From assembly GCF_009914755.1 (NCBI RefSeq), contig NC_060926.1: a DNA stretch of 64,000 nt; one strand, given 5' to 3'. The position numbers were made by a program, and so were the translations under genes. The notes beneath the pieces were generated by a model that did not search any database, had not been told where the DNA came from, and worked only from the letters and a program-made list of their open reading frames with translations. Source of the stretch: the human T2T-CHM13v2.0 reference genome, Homo sapiens. Positions 43,355 through 56,843 of this stretch are shown here, piece after piece; position 1 is the stretch's first letter; each line of letters opens with the position of its first letter.

Positions 43355-44389
43355 CCCCTCCTGAAACAGATTCTAAAATACAGAAAAGCCATCATGCCTT
43401 GTGTTCGCATTTTGCACCAGTTATGCACCTAGTAAACTATTGACATTGTGATTAGTTATAACGCTGGAGGAACATTTTTTGTTCTTTTTGAAACAGAATA
43501 AATTGAGAAAATAATTTCACCACAGTGACATAAGGAAGGCACTTCCTTATGTAACTGACAAAAAAGTGAGGCTGTTCAAATCATTTGGAAGGCTGTTAAG
43601 GGTACAGATGTGGAAGCATGTGAATAATGAGGTCTTTGAGCAGTTTCACTTGAAGAAGAGAAAGAAGGAAGGGGACACTGGGGCAGGGCTCTGAAATATA
43701 GTTTCATAGGATAACAAGAAGCAGGATTTGTCGCAGAATGGCGACAGTGAGAACTCAGAAGGGTCTGGAAGCTCTAGTTTCAGAACACATCAGCCTGGAT
43801 GAGAGAAGATGAAATCCAGAATTCAGAGGCTAGGTTGCAGCAATGTCATAATAGGCTATGTTGTGGGAGTGGTGACTAGCAGATTTATAGAGAATGCAAA
43901 AAGGGGAGAGTTCAGTCAAGGTTACAAGCAATGGAGGCCATTGGAAGAGGGAAATGGAACACTGTGGTATGTGAAGATGTTCCATTTGAGGATAAGAAAT
44001 GCCTCTGAATCTGGGATGGCATTTTGTGAAAGCAGAGAGAAGTCTAGTGTCTAAAACTACTGATGGCTTTTCCTCTGATAGCTCTATCTTCTCACTGAAA
44101 CAGGGCCCAGGGCCCAAAACAACACACAGCCATGATAATCAATTAACAAGGGCTCTAAAACAGTGCCCTGTACTCTCCAAGTGCTTAATAGACATATATC
44201 AAGTCTAATCAATTCATATTTCTGGAACACACTAGATGTACAACTCTTCACTGGGTGCTTTATTTAGACACTTTCTTGATGCTTTCTTATAGTACAATTA
44301 CTAAGGAAATATATCTCTATATAAAGATACACATGCATTTAAGGGAAAAAAATTTGCATTTCTTATCTCCCTAATAAATTGCAAGGTCC

Positions 44390-44630
44390 ATGTAATGGTT
44401 AAAAAAAATATCTATTGAGTCAGTAGCTCAGGGCTCAAGTCCTCTGCAACTTCTTAATTGTTTGACCTGGGCAATTTCCTTAATCTCAGTTTTGTCTTCT
44501 GTAATATGTGAATTACAGCACTGAGTCTGCTTACCTCTTGGAATTGTGAGAAGCAAGGAAAGTAATGGATATAAAGGTATTTCATAAATTGCAAGCAGCT
44601 ACCCAAAGGTAAGATTACGTATTATCATCT
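44390..44630 (+). mobile_element. MIR within an L2 3' end
   Basis: tgacctgggcaatttccttaatctcagttttgtcttctgtaa, followed by L2 tail tcaataaatatgtgctga. Confidence 0.55.
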
Positions 44631-45414
44631 TTACCATAGTTGTGTACCCTACAGTTAGTCAATAAATATGTGCTGATTCAAAGCATAATCTGGACACAGG
44701 AGGGCCCAAACACACACTGCAACTACCAAAGATGAATGCCTGGTGCAACCAGAGGCTGAGTGTAAAGATACTGACAAATCAGTAGAACCTGCGGATGGTT
44801 CCCTGGAAACCAAAGTGCTGCAAGAGAAGCCACTGTAGATATTAGAAGCTTTAGCCGACAAAGCTCCCAGCAGAGTATACAGTGGCATGAGGGGAGGCCC
44901 CTTTGGGACTGACTCACTGAGGAAGCAAGGCATCCAGACGAAGAATATCTGCTTTATTGGTGCTTTTTGCTTCTCACTAGAGTAGCTGAACGCTAATCAG
45001 CATTTCCCTGCCTTAATTATTGTTACAAATGTCCCCATTTTTATTAAGATTTCTTACCAGTCGAGTCAGCTCTGGTTTCTCTTCCCTTCATGACTTTAAC
45101 TTTAACATGACACTTGAATCTGATTTCCTCACAATTCAGTATTTGATCAAAGAGCTAGCACCTTCTGGTGTAAGTACTATCAATATAAGTAGAAAAACTG
45201 TAATTTTGGAAACTGAGTCATCCAGATTTTGCAACCTCGCCCCCAGCTCTGTGATTTGTACCATCAGTGCTGGGAAAGTAGCACTTGTTAAAATTTCTAA
45301 AAATAGAACCAGTGCTGTCCTCCCAGCCATGAATATCTACCAACACAAATTGAATAAGCCTGGTCCAAATGAAGCTTTCAAATACCCATTCTCAGTTTTC
45401 ACATATGTAATCAG

Positions 45415-45584
45415 CAGAGACAGATCTACCATGAAGCGTAATGAAGCTGATCCTCACTAAATACTGGCCCCTTCCAATGCCTGTACCTAGTTTTGCATTT
45501 TTAATTTTGTACTATTGTTCTCATTAAAACACGGCCCCCATGTTGTGCAAGCTTCAGGCTCCACAAAACCAGGATCTGCAGCTG
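45415..45584 (+). mobile_element. MER53 (hAT MITE)
   Basis: cagatctaccatgaagcgtaatgaagct...ggccccttccaa...ctgtacctagttttg...aagcttcaggctccacaaaaccaggatctg. Confidence 0.75.
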
Positions 45585-47484
45585 ATAAGATATAAAGAAC
45601 TACAGATTACACATCATTCTGTTCAGACACACTGTTCAGTGTCACCTTCACATACAAAAGGACAAAGTCTGTAAGAGAGGTAAATTTCCAAAGCACCACA
45701 TAACCATTATCAGGGTCACATTTCATATCACCACCATTTATAACATTGTGAATCTGTCTATTGCTTTCTACTCCTAGCACCTTGCATGTAGTGGTACCAT
45801 TCCTGATGTTTCCATTTCTCAAAGAAAGTTATGGTTGTAGCTCCAAACCAAAGGCTACTCTGAAAGAAAAAAGAAAAAAGAAGAAAAAAGTCCCTGTAAC
45901 GTACTTGTCAGAAACAAAGCAATTATGAACATCATATGATTAAAAAGAAAAGAAAAAGGAGTCATTTAAATAATGAACTCTAACTTGACTATTTAGCGAT
46001 TCACTATTTAGCAATTTGCTATTTTTATTACATTTTAAATCAATCCATCTAACACAGAAGTTCTTTCCACCCCGAATAGTACTGTTTCATTGCTGTAAAC
46101 CTATATTTCATGACAAGACAATATCTTTCTATAATAAAATGGTAATAAAAAGAGTACCAATTATCCCAGTATTTTCTCAAAATAGGTAGACTTTCTTTCA
46201 TGCCTTAATTTTATGTTTTCCTTTGCCCCATACTAAAAGCTCGGCATAATTATCCCTGAACAGGTTGAGCAAGGTCTCCGCAAAATCTGCTCAGGGTGAT
46301 TATTTAGCTTTTTTTTTTTTTTTGGTATTTGCAGAATTTAGCTGAGACTGTTACAAGCGGTTTATCAAAATAAATGCTTGATTGGCTTTAGCAGTTTTTT
46401 CGTAATTGAAAAAATAAAGAAAAAAGAGTTTTCTAATAAATGGAGGGAGAGAGAGGTTAAATACTTTAATTACTAACTTGCAAAAAGATTTCCATTTGAA
46501 TATGGAAACAATGTAAAGGGGTCCCTAATTTTTGTGGGACTGGAATCACTCCAGAGGATTTAATGATACTGCTGGGCAACTGAAACTGTGCAACTGAATA
46601 ATGTGATTTCTAAGCATATTTCCTTAAAATTTAAGTGCTAGGGAACATTTAAAAATGGTTACTTTAAAAGGAAGGTTGAACATGCAAATTTGTAGGGGAG
46701 AGGAATTAAAACAGTGATTTCTTTCAATGATACATTTTTCATTTTCTATTTTAAAACGAAAACCAGTTACTTTTGAGTCAACAGGCATGTGACAGAAAGT
46801 GCTACATAGAAAGAATTTTCCCATCAAGGACTGCTGGATGTTAACTGAAGAGCTCAGGTAAATATGTCTTCTCCTTTTAAAGCATACTTGACATTTCTGA
46901 CCTTTGAACTCTGATTTTCACTATTTGTAGGGCTCCTTACTGAGGCCTTAAGATGTAAAGGTCTTCTTGAGCTCAAATGACCCTCATTGCTTCCTGGCTC
47001 TACTCATATATGGGCACTGTGTTATGGGAAAGCCATGTTAACTTGATTTCAAGGACTCAGCCACTCCAGCTACACATCGTAACCCCAAAATGGAGATTTC
47101 ATAAACAAAAGAATCTCCATCCTTCTAAATATCAGTTAATTCCACCTAATCAGATATATTATCAGCACTAATCCTAACACATAGATTACCAGCATTACAA
47201 AACAGCCATTACTAATTAGCCCTCATTCCTAATACCGCTAGCCCAGGAAAGCCTATCCACATTACTATATTAAAAGAGAGTCTATTCTGAATTGCTGTTT
47301 TGTTTGGAAAAGGGGGAAAAAAAAGTCTGTGTTCCATTCCAGCTGGCAGAGTTTTCCTAAATTAGATTAACTTTTAATTTAAATTAAAAATTTTTAAAGC
47401 TTTACACAAAGAGACAGTAATTGCCCATTTGAAACATCCAAAAAAGGTGATTGAAGGGTACAGTAATATGCTTACATGAATAAT

Positions 47485-47635
47485 AAATAATACTTAGCAT
47501 TTAGATAGAGCTTTCCCCTCATCAAATCACTTCTTTATAAGCATTAACTAATTCATACATTATCCTAGCAAGTAAAATTAAATGATGAAATGTTTCTCTA
47601 CTTTGAAGTTGGGTAAACTGAGGCATAAAGTGGCA
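47485..47635 (-). mobile_element. MIR fragment
   Basis: tacttagcattt...ttgggtaaactgaggcata. Confidence 0.5.
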
Positions 47636-47890
47636 ATTCTGTGGTGATGATGACACGTCAGTTTCAGAACATGGAGCGTAATTGTCAGGCATTTCCTTGT
47701 GGGCTGTGTGTGTGTGACATTAAGCTAAATCTGAAATTCATTTTTCCCACAGGCACTGCGTGGGCTTTGGTGATGTTACATAGGCCAATTTTTATTCCCA
47801 TCTCTGTCAATGGCTATGAGGTATTGGACAAAATACTTAGTATCTTTTTGCCTTAATATTCCAATCTGTCAAATGGGAATAACCCACAGA

Positions 47891-47967
<77 letters not shown>

Positions 47968-47970
47968 ACA
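47891..47970. repeat. Compound (CT)n(CA)n microsatellite inside a MIR-like remnant
   Basis: About 25 CT plus 14 CA units. Flanks atctgtcaaatgggaataa and gtgcttagtaaatgctcaa are MIR-like. Confidence 0.92.
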
Positions 47971-48664
47971 GTGCTTAGTAAATGCTCAACAAATAGCGGT
48001 TACTATTCACCGTTAGTAAGAAGTTCCTAAGACAACTACTAACAGTAAGCTAATGGGATATTTCAAATACTCTGACAGGAAATGGAGCCATAACCCCAAC
48101 TAAGTGTTCAAATGGAATAAAATACTCCAAATCTCCTGGAAAAATATTAATGGCACATCTTCCAAGGCAATGCTTAATAGTTCACATTATATGCAACTAA
48201 TGTACCTCCAGTGAGTACACAAGAGGTCCATCCAATTTTAGCATTAAAATATCCTCACAGATTTAAGATATTGATTTTACTTTTCTCATCCATTGGTGAC
48301 ATAATGACTTAAGAATTATGGTGAATTCCGTGACAACTTTATAACACTTCTAAATGGATGTATGTTTTTATTCTAATCATAAGAGACACCACATACATCA
48401 AAAACATCTATAGTACATACGTGTAAAGAAACATGTGTTTAATACACATGTGAATTTGAGAAACTTTTGGAAAAAGTCCAACATTCCTCAGAGGTCTGCA
48501 GCCCACAGTGTGGGGACCACTCTCCTAGAGGGTAAGAAATAACATACTGTTCAACACTCTTCGTTGCACAGCTGATACCCACCAGAAAAGCTGAGTAGCA
48601 CAATCAGTTTCCATGTTCTTAAAAATTTTCAGATGGAACTTCATAGTTCCATAGTTTCTCATAG

Positions 48665-48800
48665 TGTTTTGGAGCTGAAAGAGAATTTAGAAATCTTTGG
48701 ATGGAAGTCATCCATTTTAAGATGAAAAACACTGAGACCCAGAGAGGTTGTGTTTTTACCTGCTTAATTTCAAGACAATGGCAGAACTAAATTCTTAAAA
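48665..48800 (-). mobile_element. MIR/MIR3 fragment
   Basis: ccattttaagatgaaaaacactgagacccagagagg. Confidence 0.55.
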
Positions 48801-50434
48801 TTTTAGTTACAGGTCACTTTATATAAAAAATACATAAGTTGACAACATGTGAGACTTCCAAAAAACATCTAAAGAAAAGAGTACTATGTAAACTCTATTT
48901 TATATTGTTTATTTTTTGTCTTTTTTTTTTTGACAATCCTAATAGATGTGATGCAAGATTACTCCCCACAACTCTCAAGCAGCTCTCACAATCTTTTATT
49001 ATAATGGTTTTACTTTTCTTTCCTTTAATTTTTGAATGATTTTCTATTAACATAGTGACAAGATAGGCACACTGTATACATGTTTGTTTTTTAACATAAC
49101 TGGTTTAATATAAAAACCAGTTAAGGAATGCCAACTACTACAGAAAAACTAAAAACAACGTCCATTTTAATCACTTACAAATGGCTGCATTTTTAAGCTG
49201 CTGGAAATTTAATATATGTCCATTTCTCTTCATCTGGAAAACTTACATGTTGCAAGAAAACCTTGCTGAAACCTTATTTTGGTCTTTGTGGAACATAATC
49301 TCAACATCTCAGACAGCCTGAAGCATCCTGAACTACATTTTCAGCTTCCTCTGGGGCTCTGTGAAGCTCTATTCGTATTGCATATTACATATAGGTTACT
49401 TTTAATGCTCTTCTAAAGCTTGTTAAATGCTACGCAAATTTACACTTTATGGCTCTAATGTTTAACTTATCTATCAGTAAATTTGAACCACAAATCATCT
49501 AGTTTTCCATGTTGTTTATTTCCAACTATTATTATTTCTAAATGGGTTCTATTTTAGAGAACTATATTTTAATTAACAGCAGTTACAAATTATTTACCTG
49601 AAAAGAAATACCTTGAACCTTTGCCCAAGACATCCAAAAAGGTAAAACCAAGTATGTAAAGATGGCGGCTTAATAGTTTTACTTAAACTGTGACACTATT
49701 AATAAGCACACACAATCCACTCAAATATTGTATATTAAATGTGACTTCTTCTTACTGGGAATTTTAATAATATTAATATATCATAAAATAAACCTAATCA
49801 TGATGATTCAAACAGGTGCCTGTAAATGTCTGTATTTATTTCAGATTTAGACTGAGCTAATTTTTCTTTTTGTAAAATGAAACTAAAGTATACTGATTAA
49901 AATGCACAATTCATATCTTTGCATATCATCCAAACAAATCACATGTAGACTGCATATGCTTTTGGTTTGATATAATTCTGTCCTGAGCTGCATGCACCCT
50001 AAAACCCAATCTTTGAGGAACAGCAACACTGAAATATTAGTTGTGCATCACACAGGAAATCTTGTTGGCTGAAATTCTGACAAAATTTTATTTTCAAACA
50101 CAAGGTTTTATTAAGTTTTTCTTTTCTAGAGCAATAATCTCATTTAAAACAAACAAAAAAAATTATGCCAGTATGACCAAAGGTATAAACAAACGATGAA
50201 AACTTTCATATTCCTGAATGTCACGGCCATTGCAGCATCAGTTACATCTGGAAGGAGAAAAACTTAACATTTCTTTTCTGTCTTCATTGCCTAACATCAA
50301 TAAAATTGTACAAGAGTTATATAATTATTCTTAATTTCTATTGAGGAATAAAATTTCAATCCTCTTTTATTTCAAAACATTCAGGAAGAAAACAACCAAG
50401 CTTACCATGTTTATCTGTCAAAACAACACTCCTC

Positions 50435-50656
50435 TGGCCAACATGGTGAAACCCCGTCTCTACCAAAAATACAAAAAAATTAGCTGGGTATGGTGGCATG
50501 TGCCTGTAATCCCAGCTACTCGGGAGGCTGAGGCATGAGAATCGTTTGAATCCAGGAGGTGGAGGTTGCACCTTGCAGTGGGTCAAGATCGCGCCACTGC
50601 ACTCCACCCTAGCGACAGAATGAGACTCTGTCTCAAAAAAAAACAAAAAAAGAAAA
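50435..50656 (+). mobile_element. 5'-truncated AluS (Sc-like)
   Basis: Starts at tggccaacatggtgaaacccc, with perfect TSD aacactcctc (50425-50434 and 50657-50666) and a small internal ttgca duplication. Confidence 0.92.
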
Positions 50657-53600
50657 AACACTCCTCAATAGTATGATCCTCATTTTATTCTCTAGTAGGT
50701 AAACTCTGCCTGATATCAGGTTATTTCAAAGAGTGTAGTGACAAAACAGAAACAAAGAAGATTAAAAATGCAGAAGAGATGGAATTTGGAATTTAAGTGT
50801 TTTTAGTAAAGTAAAATAATCTTTGTGAAATTATACAACCAAAACTAAGTCCATATCAAGCAACATTTGAAAAATATCAACAGTATTTAATCATTATTGT
50901 AAATCTCATTAAAATGAGATTTCCAAGAATGCAGGCCTTTTATTTTACCCTAATTTTCAAACAACTTGGCAGTGATCTATTTATGGAAATGGCTTTGTTA
51001 AGGAGATAAAAAAGTGAAACTATCTGTGAAAAGAGGTGAAGAGTGGGCATTTTTTCTTTTCCTGTAAATCTTATAATAAATAAAAATATCTGTAGTTAGG
51101 AAAAATACATATTTAACAGAGATACTACTGGTCTTGATATAACCAGAAATTTCTAAATACTTCCAAATATACTATTTCAGTCATTTGTTTCAAATAAAAA
51201 TTTATATTTAAGATTGTTTACATAACTATTTTTAAGCCACATTGTGATATCAAATCCTATTTGTCTTTATGTTACAATAGCACAAATTTCTCAACATTTT
51301 AAAAGAAGTTTCTGTGAAGAGATAATTTCATCATTGGGAATTCTCAAAAAAAATTAATTTGATGTCATCAGGATAACTGAATCTTGGCCACCTCACATAT
51401 TGTTATTTTGATAGAATAGTTAGAAAATTAAAGGGGGAAAACACCAAAGAAAACATACTTGTTATATAGACACCTGCACACTACGCTGTGTTTATTGTTC
51501 CTACTATCAATAAGAATGATGTCTGTGATAGCTGACCCTAACCAGTGCCTTAATTAACTAGTATTAAATGTAATTAAGACTGTTCCAATTAAATTTTAAT
51601 TTTTAAAAATTAAGTACAAACTCAGTCATTCAATAAAATGTTGTAGTCCTTTGGTGTGTTTCTAGGCGCAGAATATAGCAATTTACTATTGACAAGCACT
51701 AACGGAGGAGGTCATTTCACAAGTATAATGTGGACAAAGGTGAACCGGGCAACTGATGAAATCTGTGGCCAAGGCGAAATAGCAATCTCTAAGCCAAATG
51801 GTAATAAAGTTACTGAAATGAAGCAATGTAGTTTCTAAACTGAACTGTCATAAAAGAGGATATGGGCTTCCAACTGGCATGTCAGTAGTAATTAAAATAT
51901 TGTTTCTGTCTTTTAAAAAGTTTCAAACGCTTATAATAGTCTTATCGATTTTTATTCAAACAGCTAAAAGTGAGGTTAGGAGAATCCTGCTAGATGGGGG
52001 CAGGAGTGGACGGTGCTGAGGTTTGGAGGGAGGAAAGGCAAAATCTGTAAGGGGAGAAAAAGAAAAACAAGGTAGACACAGGAGTCTAGAATTGCTTCCA
52101 CAAACAAAATACTATACTACCCCAAGTAAGGAAGTTAAAGGAATTCAGAAGTTACATATGATATTAATGCTTAAGAAGTAATGGTTGCATATAGACTATT
52201 GTTCATTGTTCACAACGATATAGAAAGTTTCTGTGAGATAAGATGACAAAAGTAAAGTTCTCAAAATAGATTCTTCCTGAAGAGTCTAAGGTACCGTAAA
52301 TACGGCAATGGGTGTCCTTATGCATACCAGAGTGTAAGTCTTCATACATTCTGATGCCATAATGAGGACTCAGATGGCTTCCTTAGAAAGCCAAGTTTCC
52401 ACGTGCATCACATAACTTTGACCTTGGCAAACACAGAGAAGGAATACATCACCTTGCAGTAAGGAGTTGTGCAGCCCAAATTCAAACCCAGACACTCCTT
52501 GGGCAATCCAGACACTCTTTTTGAGGTGGAAGCCTTTCTAAAAAGTAATATTTAGCTATAGAACAGCCTCCATGCCAGTTTTTTATGTAATCCACTTTAC
52601 AACTAGCTAATTACATGGGATCATCTTTCACTTAATTGAAACTACATGCACATTATTAAGTAAATAAATGATTTGTCTAAGCTGAAATATAAAGTACAAA
52701 AGAGTTCATCTGGAGAGATCACAAATGAAATCATCAGCGACCTACAGCCCAGGCCAGATAATCAAGCAGACCTTAGTTTCAGTATGCTGGAGAAAGACCA
52801 AAGGTTTGGAAATATCTAGACTTTTTTTCTTCTCCTTTGAAAGGTAATCCTACCTTATAAACTACAGCATTCCCCATCCCACTCAAGAAGCGATTTACTA
52901 TGTGTTCAAGGATCTATCTGAACAGGACTTTGCAGACCTCAGATTCCATTACCCGAGAAGCCCCTTCTTCCCAGTATCTGCCCAGCCCCTATAACAAGGT
53001 AAAATAAACATAAAACACATACTTCGGGAATGAAAGTTGGGTTTTCTTTTCATATTTATGAGAAAAAAATAGAATGGTGTTTTAAAATGGGCAGGTCAAT
53101 CAATTTATTTTTACTCTCACTCTTGAAAGCTCTAGGATAAAAAGGAATACACTAGCCAGATGTAAACTGTTATTTATTTTCTCATTGCCTTACAAATGTT
53201 AACATATCCTATCATATGACAACCCATAAGGAAAATAATAATACAAATATTAATTGAATAAGAAATGTTCAATTAAAACTAATAAACAATTGACTGAGGT
53301 TGTTTCTGTACTGTGAAGCAAATGGCAAATATTTATAAAATCTCTCCTGAAGTTTTGTGCCTTCTACACAAATGTTAAAAATTCTGTGTCAAAGTAGTGC
53401 TATCAATTAGTGTTCTAGTACTGGTCATTAGTGTTCCAGCAAATAAAATACCCTCGATGCAGAAAGGAATTGTGTCAATGAGCTACTTCCTTTATTTAGG
53501 GATAAGGGTAGTCATCCATTCACTCTCTAAAACTGAGAAATTTCAGCCTGGAGGTCTATGATCCTTAGAAAAAAATACAAAGTAAGATTTAGCAAGGATA

Positions 53601-56600
53601 CAAGCTACAGTTTCGTGGAAATTATGAAGATTAGGCAACTGCTAGTCTATCCTTGGTTCATTTTGCTTTTTATTTTGGTTAGGCTAAATGCCCTTCCTCC
53701 ACAGCAAATAAATCTTTAAGAAGCTGAAAATCACAGGCAATTAATGCATTGGCCAACAAGAGAGTCTTCTCAAATTATAGTTTTGGATGGGCCAAATGGC
53801 AGGTGGAAATGTGTTTGCAAAAAGCAAAGTAAAGCAAAATGCAGGCAGACTTGCACTGCTGGAAGACAGAATTGAGTTCAGTTCTGTGCAAGACTTTGTG
53901 CTGCCTGACTATGACATAATAGTGCTAGCTAAATGAAAGGTTTTTATTTAGTGCCAATTTTAACAAAACCCACTCTTTAACTTATGACACAATAGGGATT
54001 TGGAGGCCTTCCTCATCACCTTAGAAGGAGTTAAACTAGAAACCAGCATGAGATGAAGGTACTACTTTATCTAGTAGAGTTCCTACCCTCACTCCAGGTA
54101 ATAACTTACTTGTTGGTAAAATAAAGACCTATGGCATTAGCTAAAGAGACACAATTACAAGATTACACAGAGTCAGTGTTCACCTGTACACAATGGCTTG
54201 TCTGACTGCAAAGAACCATTCATTTAAAATCTTTTCAATTAATATAAACTTTTTATTACTTCACTAAAACTAAAATCTACATGCACACATGCACTCACAC
54301 ACACATAGACACACAACATAAGAAAAAAAGCATTCATTTTTAACCACAGAGCTGCAATAAAATCAAATCTCCTTTTTACTCCAAAGGCATTCCCTGTATT
54401 AGAAGACGCTTGCAGCTTCTCAAAGCAAGTCCAGTTACCATAACAAATGTACATTTCACCAGCCTTGGAATTCTAATTGTGTTTAATACAGTTTCATGTT
54501 GCATCAAAGTACAAAATCAATACCATTTGTCCAGCATACAGGAAAAATGGAATCTATAAATGGCTCTTATTGAGTAATTAAACACCTATTATTGTCATGG
54601 GTAGTGAAACAATGAATATGATAAGATAAATTTTTGCAAGAAAATACTGCAGTGATTAATACCTCCCTACGTATTAAATAAAAATGACTGCCTTTTGTGC
54701 AGTACTGCTGGCAGAAGAACAGGGACGCGAGAAGTAGTTGCCAGTGCCACAATAACAGGCTAACCTTGAACTGAACTCCTTTCCTCAAGAAATTAAATGC
54801 TGTAGCAGGACTTTAAATCCCCCCACTTAGAGCTCATTTGTGCGCCATGTAACCTGCAGTTCCTGAAGAGAACTCATTATCTTCAAAAGGAGAATCACTT
54901 TATAATTTCTTTATGAATGTGTATATTGTTTCTACAAAAAAAAAAAAAAAAACTATTTCAGTGTCCAAAAAGGATAAGAATATTAACAGTGTAAGCAAGG
55001 CAAAGAGACTTGTACCAATCAGATACTATTTCTACTTCCAGGAATTCAAGTGCAGAATGCAATCTGTTACGGAAAACTGAACGTTAGATTAAGAATGAGG
55101 TTAGAGGAAATGCATATTTAGAAAAAGATATTAATCTGTTAGACTGATGCTAACGCTCCTGGTTATTCTGTTGCTAGAGTCTTGTATCTTTCTGGATATC
55201 TCCCCCTGCCCCTCCCTCGCTCTCTGGAATAAGCATGAAAGCTGTCATTCCACAGCCCCCACCCTCTGAACACACACGTACACACACTCCCCACCTACCA
55301 CCCTCCACATGGTTCCTCCATTGCTTTGCCTTTTTTTAAACATAAGAATGATGCACCAGGAACAACTACAAAGTACAAAAGATGAATCTATGGATGTGAC
55401 ACTTGTAAAGGGTAACCCTATTTCACAAGTGAGATGGGACAAAAAAGAAAGAAAAAAGGCCACTGAAGCAATAACTGCTCACTGAATTACCATTAAATTG
55501 TAAGATTTACAATCCAATGTACAGTAAGTGCATATCTAATGGAGTTTGTCCTCTAAAAGAATATAAAGTGAATCTTTGCAGCATGAGATGTGTGTAGGTG
55601 ATGTATGTTTCTTTTAATCTATTTTTTAATTAGAAACAAAAAAGTTAAAAAACAAAAAAAGGACACACTGTAGAAACACCAGCAAAACCCTGAGGCAAAC
55701 TTAAAAGCTTACTTAATTTGAAATGCACTTTATATCAATTACTCTCATTTTCTATCAAACTGAATTCATTCTTCCAAGTACAAAATGTAAGACATATAAT
55801 CAAATACATATAGAAAGATAACAAGTGCTATTTTAAAGGCAACATTAATACACGAACACCTAAACTTTTTGAATTGTTTGTTAAAATAAAAACCGCTGAG
55901 TTCAAATGCTTGGTTATATGTTGTGAGGTTTTTTTTAAGGCAAAATAAAACAGTAATATTTTTCCATTTAATAAAGGCAAATAAATTTTCATGTTGCCAA
56001 CATGGAAAGAATTCAAATACAATGTTAATGTAATCAAACATCAATCACATTATAGCAATTTTTATTTTTATTAACACAAACAACCTCCAAAAGAAATGGA
56101 CTATTATGCAGCAGAATTATTTAAAATACTCTAATTGATTATTTAATAACCATTAAAAGCAAAAGCTATTATAGTAATCATTTCTTGTAGTGCTTTCTAA
56201 AGTAAACGTTGGTGAAATAGTGCCCATTTTCACCTCATGACAGACAAACACCTAATAAACGTATCTGGTCAGAGATTCAGTCACATGAATAATATTTTAG
56301 CAAAAGCTCTGAGGATGAGGAAAAGTAGCTTAAGTAATATTTATTAGAAGATTTGTTTATTTTGTTTATGTAAATAGGCATCTTATTTAAGTGATATTAC
56401 AGAAGTCACTGTCCTTAAATTCAGTAAAATATAAAACTGTTACACCAATTTTGCAAATCTCTGTTTTGTTCTTCTCACCTCTCTCCCACAGGATCTGAAT
56501 TTTATTTTAAGGGATTAACAAGTAGCACATATGATCAGCAATGATAGCCTTGTTCTTTTAAACCTTAGTGAATCAAGTTCGGTAAAGGTGAAGTAGTGGA

Positions 56601-56787
56601 ATTATCAGTACAAGTGGCTATGTCATCAGAGTCTTCAGAAAGGTGCTGTAAAGAAATGCCTAAATAAACAGCAGTATAAAGGATTTTATATATGAGACAT
56701 ACACACACAGATGTCTCTTTCACACACCACACACACACACACACACACAGAGCCTGCCTCTGGTTATTAAAAATATAAAACAGAGGC

Positions 56788-56843
56788 ACTACTGTATATA
56801 AACCAAAAGACATTTACTACTGCATGTAAACCAAAAGGCATTT
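56788..56843. repeat. 28-bp imperfect tandem duplication
   Basis: actactgtatataaaccaaaagacattt / actactgcatgtaaaccaaaaggcattt, differing by 3 transitions. Confidence 0.85.

Noticed and set aside
45020-45460. 146-aa ORF
   Set aside because: It has a non-ATG start, runs into MER53, and shows no domain or splice support.
47372-47389. 18-bp A/T-only palindrome (a similar one lies near 51595)
   Set aside because: Low complexity, and expected in AT-rich DNA.
56461-56587. Strong-looking plus-strand 3' splice site (…ctctctcccacag) with possible donor gtaaag
   Set aside because: The donor is weak, there is no coding signature or partner exon, and such sites are common in introns.
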